Positions 29,609 through 39,984 of a stretch of 64,000 nt of DNA are shown here, in pieces; positions within the stretch are counted from its first letter, which is position 1; each line of letters starts with the position of its first letter. The translations under genes were made by a program, and so were the position numbers. The notes under the pieces are model-generated. The model made no database searches, was not told the DNA's origin, and worked only from the letters and a program-made list of their open reading frames with translations. This DNA comes from Microcoleus sp. (GTDB lineage: Bacteria; Cyanobacteriota; Cyanobacteriia; Cyanobacteriales; Microcoleaceae): the NCBI GenBank assembly GCA_042408215.1, contig JAYFMW010000017.1:512001-576000 (forward strand), written 5' to 3'.

Positions 29609-30743
29609 ATGCGTGATTTTGGGGAAGAACTGGGGAAGGTTAACCGTTCGTTAGATAAAGTGCAAATCAGGCAAAAGGGCGATCGCCTCTACGTCAGAGC
29701 CACTCTCCCAGCCAAACCGGGAGAGGGGGAAAAACCAAAGCGATACGAACTGAGCACCGGATACGGCACTCACTCAGAAGGACTGAAATTTGCCAAAGCA
29801 AAAGCCTTAGAAATTGAAGGGCAGTTGTTGCGAGAAAATTTTGAGTGGACTCCTTGGCTTAGAGGTAAGCAAAAACCACCAGAAACCGTTGGCGAGTGGT
29901 TGGTAAAATTTGAAAATAATTACTGGGAGTCGCGGGAAAAATCTCTAGCAAAAATATCAACATGGAAAGCCTCTTATCAAGAAGCGTTCGATCGCCTGGA
30001 TGCGGAAAAGCCGCTAACTGAAGGATTGTTGAAAGCGGAAATCTTGGCATCCAAAGCCGGCACTCGCACCAGGGAAAAACTTTGTTTTGCTTACGGTGCA
30101 ATTGCCAGATTTTCAGGGCTTGAGGTTAAATTTTCCGAGCTAGCTGTTGGGTGCGGGGCTAAAATCCAGAGAGAATTACCCTCGGATTTAGAGATTGAAG
30201 CAATGCACGACACGATCGCCAACCCTGCTTGGCAGTGGGTATTTGGAATGCTAGCAACTTACGGTCTCAGACCTCATGAGGTTTTTAAGCTTGACTGCTC
30301 AGAACTCAATTCAGAACCTGGCTGGCTGCGAGTATTGCCAGACACCAAAACTAAAGAGCGGTTAATTTTGCCACTAAAACCAAATTGGCGATCGGATTGG
30401 AAACTTTGGGAAGTAAGCCTGCCCCAACACAATTACAGAAAACAGAACCAACCAACAAATAGGAGGAAAAGTTACCCCCAGCTTGCACGAACAGGGAATC
30501 GCGCTGACAGCCTACCATTTGCGCGATGCCTACGCGGTCAGGGGTTCCGTGCTTGGAATCGATCCGGCAATCGTCGCGCGATGGATGGGACACTCGCTCC
30601 AAATCCACTTTGACAAATACCACAAACACATCAGCAAGCGCGATTTTGAGCAAGCTTGGAGAAAAGCCACAGCTAGCGATTTTCCGGTGAAATTTTGCCA
30701 AGCAACCACATTAATTAATATCCTGTTCCCATTAAAGCTGTAA
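29609..30743 (+). pseudogene. Tyrosine recombinase/integrase, frameshifted near 30425
   Basis: ATYGLRPHE and TKT in the first frame; YHLRDAYA, MGHS and H..Y in the second frame; one extra C in the GCCCC run. Confidence 0.85.
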
Positions 30744-30946
30744 TGAATACCAGCTTTAATACAGTGATTTCGAGGATTCAACCGGGCGGCATTTACCATT
30801 TTTCTTAGTTTTGACTCAGATTGACCTAAAGCAATCGCGGCTAATTTAATAGGCTGATTTTCCTGCATTAAACCGTAACTTCTGATGATAGTTTCTAGCG
30901 CTTTTACTCGTTCTTTAAGTTGTTCGATGTCTTGCCGATCGCTCAT
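30530..30946 (-). CDS. Putative excisionase-like DNA-binding protein; C-terminal third probably read-through
   Basis: AAIALGQSESKLRKMV...GIHY...INV winged-HTH-like segment; convergent with and overlapping the integrase. Confidence 0.5.
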   Translation of the reverse strand: MSDRQDIEQLKERVKALETIIRSYGLMQENQPIKLAAIALGQSESKLRKMVNAARLNPRNHCIKAGIHYSFNGNRILINVVAWQNFTGKSLAVAFLQACSKSRLLMCLWYLSKWIWSECPIHRATIAGSIPSTEPLTA

Positions 30947-31009
30947 TTTACCTTCCTCAAAAATCAAATGGTTTTAACTGTCCTTTAGGAAATCGCGCTT
31001 GGTCTGCGA

Positions 31010-31198
31010 TTAAATTGTCTGTCCCGCCAACTCGCGTACCAGTCGGCAGGCAATTCTTAGCGCCAAAACGGGTAGCAATTTTGCTGATACCCATTTGGCA
31101 GTGGAAGCATTCAACGCTCCAATTTCTAATTCGTATTTGATGAGACCTTTCTTGATCGCGTAAATGTAATCTTGAGTCCACTCAGATTTCTCAACCAT
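31010..31198 (-). CDS. Small hypothetical protein of the integrated element
   Basis: 62-aa ORF with AAGGA upstream, co-oriented with its neighbours. Confidence 0.4.
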   Translation of the reverse strand: MVEKSEWTQDYIYAIKKGLIKYELEIGALNASTAKWVSAKLLPVLALRIACRLVRELAGQTI

Positions 31199-31268
31199 TT
31201 TGCTAATCCTTCAAGTTTTTAATTCTTATCAGTTCAGAAATTCGATCGCGCACTAACTCGTTTTCTGT

Positions 31269-31871
31269 TTATAGCCACTGATAGATGATTTCTTGAGAAT
31301 ATTTAGTGCCTGGTGATTGCCGACCAAACATCTGAGTAATCAGACTTTGTATGTGCTCAGGGTAATATTCAGTCCAGAAAATATTAGCAATGTCTCGCAT
31401 CTTCTCGGCGTCGATCGGATCTATATCTATGGGTGGCGGCGGCGATTTTTGGGCCTCTGCTTCCTGTGCCGATTTGAAGAGTTTGCCGATTCTCACCAAT
31501 TCTTCGCGAGGGAGCGCGGCTTTAATTCGATCTTTGAGCTCGGTATCTTTGCCCCAAACCGCTTCGCATTCGGCCCAGGTTTGGGCTGCTTGGAGTCTGG
31601 ATATTGAATTGCCTAAAGAATCGTCCCCGTTGTCCCCAATAGACCGCAAACTGTTATCGGATAACGGTTTGGAACCGCCGACGGCAGTGGGGATAGCTTC
31701 GTCCCCGGTACGTGTTTTGTCCCCACTGACAAAATTTGCTGGGGACAACTGGGGATGATTAGAATTGCCAGTGGGGACGGCTACAATCCTTGATAAATCT
31801 TGATTGTAGCCTGCTGGGGACAACGGGGTCGGGGATAGAGGGTGTTTGGTAGTTTCAAAGCAATGTACCAC
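31269..31871 (-). pseudogene. Probable C-terminal fragment of a phage/plasmid replication-type protein
   Basis: Low-complexity LSP/GD-rich region followed by a helical domain; no convincing N-terminus. Confidence 0.35.
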
Positions 31872-31935
31872 TGAGGTTATTTTTGGGAAACGCAGCCTTA
31901 TATACTTTTAAGTAAAAGACCGACTGCAAAAACCT

Positions 31936-32505
31936 ATGAAAACCAACCAAATATTCCCAAAAGCACTGACAGTTTTTTTGACGTTATCAATCATCGGATC
32001 GATGGCTGATGTAGTTTGGGCAAGCAGTGGGCGCACTGATAGCAACGGGTGTCATACCAGCAAAAAAGAAGGGTATCACTGTCATGGTTCCGGTTCCTCT
32101 CCAAGCACAACTCCCAACACAACACCAAAAGGCACAGGCGGCTCCGGCGGTTTAGGAAGCGTTTGCTTGACATATGCCGATTGCATGAATCGTGGCAAAA
32201 TTGAGATAAATATTAATGCAGATCAAGCATTAAATTATTTTCAACAAGCTCTCATTTTAAAACCTAACGATATTGAAGCTTTCACAAGCATTCACTTTGT
32301 AGAACCTTCTGTTATGCCAATATTGGGTTCTTGTACGGACTATAAAAATTGCATGGATTTAGGCAATTTAGCAACAAACCAAAAAAATTACCAAACGGGT
32401 TTAGTTAATTTCAAAAGAGCCCTAGCTTTTAAATTGGGAGATAAATACGCACTTGAAGCGATTCGTAATGTCTGTCGGTACATTCAGGAATCTCGCACTT
32501 CCTAA
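31936..32505 (+). CDS. Secreted protein with a YHYH-like His/Cys motif and two TPR-like repeats
   Basis: Signal peptide; SGRTDSNGCH...GYHCH; twice Y..CM..G...AL..F..AL...P/G.D..A. Confidence 0.75.
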   Translation: MKTNQIFPKALTVFLTLSIIGSMADVVWASSGRTDSNGCHTSKKEGYHCHGSGSSPSTTPNTTPKGTGGSGGLGSVCLTYADCMNRGKIEININADQALNYFQQALILKPNDIEAFTSIHFVEPSVMPILGSCTDYKNCMDLGNLATNQKNYQTGLVNFKRALAFKLGDKYALEAIRNVCRYIQESRTS

Positions 32506-32619
32506 GTGAAGGGCAACAGTTACATCATCTGATTATTTTTTGTGGGGGCGGCTCTCCTATGTATCGGTTGCCCCCTCAAATCTGACAGCCTGGCGGTGTT
32601 ATTGCAGCGGGTTGATCGG

Positions 32620-33433
32620 CAAGGTGTCCAGTCAGCCTTCAGATACCCTACCAAACGCCCAATTTGAATGCGAACAAATCGCGCAATTTTACAACATTCC
32701 CGAAAACCTACGCTTAAAAGGTCGCAGCCAAGCTACAGTGATCAATTATCGCCAACTCGTGAAACAAGTGCAAGTCTTACACTCCAGCCATCACGCCTCA
32801 TCTCGCCTCGATAGTCCCTTAGAATCCTACCTACTTCTTGCTGATGGGAAGATTACTTTAGGTCAAATCATGAGTCCCGGTTTTCGACTTCCCAATCTCT
32901 TAGATGTGTTCCTTTCCTGTTGCGAAACTAACCTCGGTGTGGCTGGTATTAGTGATGATATTTTATCATTATCCACGGGCTTTTTATGTGCGGGGGCGCG
33001 GAGTGTTGTCAGTACATTGTGGTCAGTTGATGATTTAGCCACAGCTTTATTTTGCATTTTTTACTATCAGAATCGGCGACAAGGTTTAAATCGTCCTGAA
33101 GCCTTGAGAAAAGCGCAAATCGAACTCCGCACCATGACGGGAAAAACCCTCGCAGATCAATATTATTCTGATTTGAATAATTATCTGGAACAGCAATTAA
33201 AGCAATTAGATCCTGTGCGTTTGGAAGCTAAGGCGCAGCTAAAACAACAAGCTAAAAATACGGATGGTTATCGCGAATGGAAAGCGGAGGTTAATCGGTT
33301 AACAAAAATTGAGAATAGGATTAAGGGGGATCGGGATAAGATTAAGAAAGTATTACCCAGCTTTTGTCTGGAAGCTTTTCCGTTTGCTAAGCCTTTCTAT
33401 TGGGCTGGTTTTATTTGTTCTGGTTTGAGTTAA
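32620..33433 (+). pseudogene. CHAT (caspase-like) domain, C-terminal fragment
   Basis: LHSSHHA, FLSCCET, AGARSVVSTLWSVDD and PFYWAGF; no credible start, 5' boundary approximate. Confidence 0.75.
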
Positions 33434-33442
33434 TTAGGAATT

Positions 33443-33587
33443 ATACCAATTTAATGGGTCGTTGCACATATTCCGATCCCCCTAAATCCCCCTTAAGAAG
33501 GGGGACTTTGATTGGACTCTTGTCCCCCCCTTCTTAAGGGGGGTTAGGGGGGATCGAATTCTATGCAGCTTCATAAAAAATTGGTAT
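33443..33587. mobile_element. MITE-like element (family C)
   Basis: ATACCAATTT ... AAATTGGTAT ends around an inverted pair of GATCCCCCTAA.CCCCCTTAAGAAGGGGG. Confidence 0.7.
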
Positions 33588-33601
33588 TACGCATTAAAAT
33601 C

Positions 33602-34260
33602 AAAGAAACCGGGTTTTTGCTGAGTCTGTGGGTTGTTACCAAATATTTTCGCAAAAACCCGGTTTCTGGCTACTCGTAAATACTAAAGAAACCGGGTTTT
33701 TTGCTGAGTCTGTGGGTTGTAATGAAGTATCTCGTAAAAAACCCGGTTTCTGGCTACTCGTAAATACTAAAGAAACCGGGTTTTTTGCTGAGTCTGTGGG
33801 TTGTTACCAAATATTTTCGCAAAAACCCGGTTTCTGGCTACTCGTAAATACTAAAGAAACCGGGTTTTTTACTGAGTCTGTGGGTTGTTACCAAATATTT
33901 TCGCAAAAACCCGGTTTCTGGCTAGTCGTAAATACTCAAGAAACCGGGTTTTTTGCTGAGTCTGTCGGTTGTTACCAAATATTTTCGCAAAAACCCGGTT
34001 TCTGGCTACTCGTAAATACTCAAGAAACCGGGTTTTTGCTGAAGCTGTGGGTTGTAATGAAGTATCTCGTAAAAAACCCGGTTTCTGGCTACTCGTAAAT
34101 ACTCAAGAAACCGGGTTTTTTCCCGAATCTGTGGGTTGTAATGAAGTATCTCGTAAAAAACCCGGTTTCTGGCTAGTCGTAAATACTAAAGAAACCGGGT
34201 TTTTTCCCGAATCTGTGGGTTGTAATGAAGTATCTCGTAAAAAACCCGGTTTCTGGCTAC
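33602..34260. repeat. Tandem array of eight ~84-bp palindromic units
   Basis: Units at about 33602, 33685, 33769, 33853, 33937, 34021, 34104 and 34188. Confidence 0.95.
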
Positions 34261-34297
34261 AAAACCCGAAGGCTCAAGATGGGCTGCAATAATTAAT

Positions 34298-35236
34298 CTA
34301 ATTAAGCACTTTCATCGCTTCGACAACTTGTCGCGATATAAAAGGCAAAATCTGTTCATTCTTACTATTCTCTTTCCCTTCTGTAAATACCACTAACAAA
34401 TATGGCCGCAAATTCGGTATTTCAATATATGCCGCATCGTGGCGCACTTGACTTGTCAATCCCGCTTTTGACCACAAATTCGCTTCTAATGGTAATCCGC
34501 TACCTAAAAAACCAGTTACTTGATTTTCGGGATCAGCCTCTAATTCCGCTGGTTCTAAACTGCGTTTCATTAAACCCATCATTTCTTGGGATGCTTTCGC
34601 GGAAACAGCTACGCCACCTATGATACTGTGCAGCAAAATCGCTGCTGCATTTGTGGTCAGCATATTTCTATTTTCCATTAATTCTCCCAGCAATGCTCGA
34701 TCGCGACCATAGGGGCCGTCGCACCAGGTTTTTTGGTTGATGTTAATGTCTTGTAAGTCTAGCCAATTCAATGATTGAAAGTAACGGTTGACGATATTTC
34801 GCTGCTGTTTCCAGGTTTCAAAGGGGCCTGATGGCAATTCTGGGCCACTGGTGGTGCCGGTTAGTACATCTACTACTAAACTGGTGGCATCGTTGCTGGA
34901 ATCTACTATCATGTCTCTGATAGCGCGTTCTAATTCTGGCGATGTTTTAATCATGCCTTTTTCTGCCCATTCCCAGATGGCAACAAGGTAGAATAGTTTG
35001 ATGATGCTGGCTGGATATACTCGTTCTGTAGCTCTGTTACCAAAACCTCTGGGTTGATATTTCCAAAATTCTTCTGGGCTCAGGGCGCCACCTGTGTTGA
35101 CTCGCACCGGTGGATCGTAGACTATCCAGGTAAGGGCGATGCGATCGCCTGCTAATTCTGTAAATTCTGCCTGGGCTGCTTCTATAATGCTAGTGCCGAG
35201 GGTTTCTAATTGTTCGTCTTGCCGGAAAAATGTCAT
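34298..35236 (-). CDS. Serine hydrolase, class A beta-lactamase-like
   Basis: PASIIK (SxxK), SSNDAT and SKAG motifs. Confidence 0.9.
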   Translation of the reverse strand: MTFFRQDEQLETLGTSIIEAAQAEFTELAGDRIALTWIVYDPPVRVNTGGALSPEEFWKYQPRGFGNRATERVYPASIIKLFYLVAIWEWAEKGMIKTSPELERAIRDMIVDSSNDATSLVVDVLTGTTSGPELPSGPFETWKQQRNIVNRYFQSLNWLDLQDININQKTWCDGPYGRDRALLGELMENRNMLTTNAAAILLHSIIGGVAVSAKASQEMMGLMKRSLEPAELEADPENQVTGFLGSGLPLEANLWSKAGLTSQVRHDAAYIEIPNLRPYLLVVFTEGKENSKNEQILPFISRQVVEAMKVLN

Positions 35237-35260
35237 GGTTAATGGCTGATGGGTGACGAC

Positions 35261-35418
35261 TAAGGCGTGTTTTCTTGCCCCGGAGATCCCCCCTAACCCC
35301 CCTTAAAAAGGGGGGGATCGGGAGCGGTCAAAGTCAACCTCTACTCATACCCTACTCCCTTATTAAGGGGGATGCGAGGGGGTTCTGAATCGAGGTCAAA
35401 GCAAGAAAACACGCCCTA
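35261..35418. mobile_element. MITE (family B variant)
   Basis: TAAGGCGTGTTTTCTTGC ... GCAAGAAAACACGCCCTA. Confidence 0.75.
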
Positions 35419-35487
35419 AGGGCTAAGGGCTAACGCCTGATGGCAATCAATCGCTATATGGGAACAATCAACAGCAAACAATTAGCA

Positions 35488-36213
35488 ATGACCAATTATC
35501 AATTATCTGATGTTCTGGAGTATCGGACTCGATCGCACATAAATATTTACGATTCCCCAAAGTGCGATCGCCTCGCAACTCAGGCGGAGGCTGGGCGACA
35601 CTTGCGAATAGTCGATCGCCCGCTGATTGACTATGAGAGAGGTGTAAACTTTGATACAACGGCAGTGATGGTGCGGCTGTGCGAGGATGATTATCCGGGA
35701 TGGCTGGATGTTCGAGATGTTGAGTTGCTGGATGTGGCACAAACAGTCTATCATCCTGAGATATTTTCTGAGGCTGAAATTCGGGAGAAATTACCAAGGG
35801 CGATCGAATTTGCCGATCGGGCGATGCACCAATCCAATTATTATCTTTGGGGTGGCACTGTCGCACCAAATTATGATTGTTCTGGATTAATGCAAGCTGC
35901 TTTTGTTTCTACGGGTATCTGGTTGCCGAGGGATGCCTATCAGCAAGAAGCTTTTACTCAGCCTGTTAGTAGTATAAGTGATTTAGAACCGGGAGATTTA
36001 GTGTTTTTTGGAACTCCACAAAAGGCTACTCATGTGGGATTATATCTGGGAGATAATCGTTATATTCATAGTTCAGGAAAAGAACAAGGTCGCAATGGTA
36101 TCAGCCTAGATATTTTGTCGGAGGATGGGGATAAAGTTAGTCAAGCTTATTATCGGCAATTGCGAGGATATGGTAAAGTGGTGGGAAGTTATCAATCTGG
36201 GCATAGGGAATAG
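35488..36213 (+). CDS. NlpC/P60 (C40) peptidase
   Basis: YLWGG...YDCSGL, LPRDA.QQ, GDLVFF, HVGLY and YIHSS; start uncertain (35440-35488). Confidence 0.9.
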   Translation: MTNYQLSDVLEYRTRSHINIYDSPKCDRLATQAEAGRHLRIVDRPLIDYERGVNFDTTAVMVRLCEDDYPGWLDVRDVELLDVAQTVYHPEIFSEAEIREKLPRAIEFADRAMHQSNYYLWGGTVAPNYDCSGLMQAAFVSTGIWLPRDAYQQEAFTQPVSSISDLEPGDLVFFGTPQKATHVGLYLGDNRYIHSSGKEQGRNGISLDILSEDGDKVSQAYYRQLRGYGKVVGSYQSGHRE

Positions 36214-36404
36214 GGCATAGGGAATAGGGCATAGGGCATAGGGCATAGGGAATTGGAAATTGGCAATTGGGAATTAGAACCAAAAACTAACAACAAACAT
36301 AGGACAAATAATATAGGATAACCAAAAGCTAACTAATGCCCAATGCCCAAGGCCCAAGGCCCAATGCCCATGACTACTTACTGTTAGTATTATCGCATAA
36401 AGAA

Positions 36405-37409
36405 ATGGACGCTGCATTGTTTTTGGAAAAATTGGCGAAACAGCAAGCTGAGGCTGAGGTGGTTCTGGATGTTTCGGCGGTAGTGCCAGTGTATAATGAG
36501 GTGGAAAGTTTGCCTCCTTTGATTGAGGCGATCGCCACTTCGATCCAAGCATCTGGACTCAGCTATCAAATTATTTGCGTGGATGATGGTTCAAAAGACG
36601 GTTCTGCTGAACTTCTCCAACAGTTAGCTAGCAGTCGCGATGACCTTTGTGCAGTAATTTTACGCCGCAATTACGGGCAAACTGCGGCCATGTCGGCGGG
36701 TTTCGATCGCGCTCGTGGTCGTGCTATTGTGACGCTAGACGGAGATTTGCAAAATGACCCGGCTGACATTCCGCTCTTGTTGGCAAAGTTAGATGAAGGC
36801 TACGATTTAGTTAGCGGTTGGCGAAAAAATCGGCAAGATCATACTATTAGCCGCCTGATTCCTTCTAAAATGGCTAACTGGCTAATTGGCCGCGTTACAG
36901 GCGTGACTTTGCATGACTATGGCTGTTCTTTGAAAGCTTATCGATCGGAGTTGGTGGCAGATTTGAATCTCTACGGGGAATTGCACCGATTTTTGCCGGC
37001 TTTGGCGTTTATTGAAGGGGCGAGAATTGCGGAACTGCCGGTGCGACACCACGCCCGCCGTTTTGGTAAAAGTAAGTATGGGATTTGGCGGACTTTTCGG
37101 GTGTTGATGGATTTGCTGACTATTTCTTTTATGAAGAAGTTCCTAACTCGACCGATGCACGTTTTTGGACTTTTGGGAATGAGTTCTATGGCTTTGGGAA
37201 CGGTTTTAGGGATTTATTTGACCGTCCTGAAATTGGGTTTTGGTCAAAGTATTGGCAATCGTCCTTTGCTGATTTTGGCTGTGGTTTTGCTGTTGACTGG
37301 GGTGCAGTTATTTTGTTTTGGTTTGTTGGCAGAAGTGATGATGCGGACTTATCATGAATCCCAGGGGAAACCAATTTATCGGGTACGTGAGGTGTTTGGT
37401 TATAAGTAA
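36405..37409 (+). CDS. Glycosyltransferase family 2 (ArnC/DPM-like)
   Basis: VVPVYNE, VDDGSKD, RNYGQTAA and DGDLQNDP; two C-terminal TM segments; start uncertain. Confidence 0.92.
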   Translation: MDAALFLEKLAKQQAEAEVVLDVSAVVPVYNEVESLPPLIEAIATSIQASGLSYQIICVDDGSKDGSAELLQQLASSRDDLCAVILRRNYGQTAAMSAGFDRARGRAIVTLDGDLQNDPADIPLLLAKLDEGYDLVSGWRKNRQDHTISRLIPSKMANWLIGRVTGVTLHDYGCSLKAYRSELVADLNLYGELHRFLPALAFIEGARIAELPVRHHARRFGKSKYGIWRTFRVLMDLLTISFMKKFLTRPMHVFGLLGMSSMALGTVLGIYLTVLKLGFGQSIGNRPLLILAVVLLLTGVQLFCFGLLAEVMMRTYHESQGKPIYRVREVFGYK

Positions 37410-37583
37410 GGGTGTCGATTATACTCGGCGATTGAAATCGCTGCTACACAAACAAAGTCCGCCTTCGCGGACTGAAGAAATAGGAAAGTTTTAATACCAA
37501 ATCCGGGTTTAAAACCCCCTCGATCTCTTAGTCCGCGGAGGCGGACTTCGTTTGACAAGACGCGGTTTCAACCGCCGAATGAT

Positions 37584-38753
37584 CTAACTCATTACTTTTT
37601 GAGCTTGTCGGAGAGATGTAATAGTGGCGATCGCGTGTTGGGAGACTGCATCTATTTCTGCTGCGGTATTGAAGCGGCCAATACCAAAGCGAATTGAAGC
37701 GTAAGCTAATTTGTCCGATCGCCCGATCGCTGCTAAAACATGAGATGGCGATATTTTCGCCGAAGTGCAAGCAGAACCGGAAGAAACCGCCGCTGCTGAC
37801 TGCAAGCCTAACAGCAATGCTTGACCGTCAACGCCACCTACACTAACATTGAGATTCCCCGGCAATCTCTTAGTCGCGTGACCATTGATCGCAATATCAC
37901 CTAATTCTGCCAAATTCCCCCACAAACGCTCACGCAAACTCACAACTCGTGCTGTTTCCGCCTCCATTTCCGCAATGCCTAATTCCACTGCTTTAGCAAA
38001 TCCTACTATTTGCGGTGTGTACAGTGTACCCGATCGCATTCCCCGTTCATGGCCACCTCCGTGCATTTGCGGTGCTAGCTGCACTCTCGGTTTGTGGCGG
38101 CGCACGTAGAGAGCACCAATGCCTTTTGGCCCGTAAATTTTGTGGGCTGTCAAGGACATTAAATCAATATTCATCTCCTGCACATCGAGGGGAATTTTGC
38201 CGATCGCCTGTGCAGCATCTGTGTGGAAAAGAATGTCATTTCCGCGACATATTGCAGCAATTTCGGCGATCGGTTGGATGACACCAATTTCGTTATTAGC
38301 CGTCATCACTGAAACTAAAATCGTCTCGGCCCGAATCGCTTTGATCAAATCCCCTATATCAATCAGCCCGTCACTTTTTACTGGTAAAACAGTAATCTCA
38401 AATCCCAATTTTTCCAAATATGTACAGGGGTCAAGAATCGCATTATGTTCAGTTTTTACTGTTATAATGTGCTTGCCTTTGCTGAAATAGGCTTCGGCGA
38501 TGCCTTTAATCGCTAAGTTATTTGCCTCCGTTGCACCGCTGGTAAAAACAATTTCTTCTGGCGAGGCATTGATCGCTTCTGCTAAAATTTGTCGTGACTG
38601 TTTTACCGCTGCTTCAGATTCCCAGCCGTAGACGTGGTTGATACTGGCTGCGTTGCCGAATTGTTCGGTGAAATACGGCAGCATCGCATCAAGTACCCGC
38701 TTGTCTACGGGGGTTGTCGAGTGGTTGTCGAGATAGATAGGACGTGCGGACAT
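37584..38753 (-). CDS. iscS: Cysteine desulfurase (IscS/NifS family)
   Basis: IYLDNHSTT, HTDAAQ, AHKIYGPKG and SSGSACTS. Confidence 0.92.
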   Translation of the reverse strand: MSARPIYLDNHSTTPVDKRVLDAMLPYFTEQFGNAASINHVYGWESEAAVKQSRQILAEAINASPEEIVFTSGATEANNLAIKGIAEAYFSKGKHIITVKTEHNAILDPCTYLEKLGFEITVLPVKSDGLIDIGDLIKAIRAETILVSVMTANNEIGVIQPIAEIAAICRGNDILFHTDAAQAIGKIPLDVQEMNIDLMSLTAHKIYGPKGIGALYVRRHKPRVQLAPQMHGGGHERGMRSGTLYTPQIVGFAKAVELGIAEMEAETARVVSLRERLWGNLAELGDIAINGHATKRLPGNLNVSVGGVDGQALLLGLQSAAAVSSGSACTSAKISPSHVLAAIGRSDKLAYASIRFGIGRFNTAAEIDAVSQHAIATITSLRQAQKVMS

Positions 38754-38849
38754 AGTGGATATTTCGTGAAAAAAGGTGTTATATTTATTGTAGACGAGCC
38801 TTTTGTTATACAACTAAACTTTATATTTAGCAAATATTTGTGAAGATTT

Positions 38850-39548
38850 ATGCGCTCTGACATCCAGGGATTAGAAATTACTGTCGGTGAACTCAAGCAC
38901 CTCAGCGGTGCAGGGCCCGATCGCCTGTATCGACCGGCGACAGCGACTAAATTTGCCCGCGAAGGTTTGAAAACAGTCGGCTTGATTATTTTGGTTCTGA
39001 TCAGTTGTTTGCTGCTGGTGATGATATTTCCCAGGGCTTACTTGTTTTGGTTCGCCATCCACCTCACGGCGATCGGCGGTTTAATCTTTGAGGATATCTG
39101 GAAAATTAGGTGCAGCCGCCAAAACAAACATTTAATCAATCTTTTTGATGATGTCGATCGCTACAATGGTATAATTAAAGCGATCGAAATTAATGACCAA
39201 ATAGAAAATGCCGGTAATTCGGGAGTCAAAATAGGCGGGCGATCAAAAGTCATTCAAGCGTTGCAGCTCATCAGAGACGATTTAGTCCGAGCTTTGAAAA
39301 CCGAGAGAATTTTCAGGGAAAACAAAAAATTTGTGGCGACTAACTCAGAACTGTTTACCACTAACTTAATCTCGTTAAATGCCCTGCAAATTAGCGATCG
39401 AGCCAGCGAACAAGGGCGACTGCTCAACGAAGCTTTGCAGGTAGCCTTGGGAGTGCAAGCAGAAATGAAAAAGTTGCAAAACCCAGACTCTGCTAAAAAA
39501 AAAACATGGAAAATATTAGTAAGGTGTGCCGCATTGGTGTCAACTTAA
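38850..39548 (+). CDS. Hypothetical membrane protein
   Basis: Two TM segments and a helical C-terminus (RALKTERI.REN); its stop codon lies inside a MITE end. Confidence 0.75.
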   Translation: MRSDIQGLEITVGELKHLSGAGPDRLYRPATATKFAREGLKTVGLIILVLISCLLLVMIFPRAYLFWFAIHLTAIGGLIFEDIWKIRCSRQNKHLINLFDDVDRYNGIIKAIEINDQIENAGNSGVKIGGRSKVIQALQLIRDDLVRALKTERIFRENKKFVATNSELFTTNLISLNALQISDRASEQGRLLNEALQVALGVQAEMKKLQNPDSAKKKTWKILVRCAALVST

Positions 39549-39852
39549 GTCAAACTTATTACCAGTCTACTGTCTGAGTCCACAGTCCGATCGAACCCCT
39601 AGGGCGTGCTTTCTTGCCCCGGAGATCCCCCCTAGCCCCCCTTAACAAGGGGAGTAGGGGAGTAGGGGGTGTGGGACAAGAGTATTCTATTTTCCCTTAA
39701 TCAGGGGGGAGAATGAGCATCAAAGTCCCCCTTAATAAGGGGAGTAGGGGGTGAGTAGGGGGCAAGAATGCGGGGGTTCTCATTCTCCCCCTTAATAAGG
39801 GGGAGAATGAGCGTCAAAGTCCCCCTTATTAAGGGGGATTTAGGGGGATCGA
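39531..39852. mobile_element. Composite of truncated MITE ends and dispersed repeats
   Basis: Family A end CATTGGTGTCAACTTAAG, then family B end CTAGGGCGTGCTTTCTTGC, then several CCCCTTAA.AAGGGG units. Confidence 0.65.
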
Positions 39853-39984
39853 GACTCGACTACAAGGGACATTTTTTTTGAGAACTGAAAATTGTTAAGC
39901 AATACAACCCGAATTGTAAATTTTTTCCTGTGACGTAACGGGGTCAGGATATCTTGGAAAGGTGACGTTAACAAACAGGTCAGT

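Noticed and set aside
33602..34260. CRISPR array
   Set aside because: The intervening sequences are not unique spacers (only two loop variants and one linker), and no cas genes are in the window; the same applies to 12775-13037.
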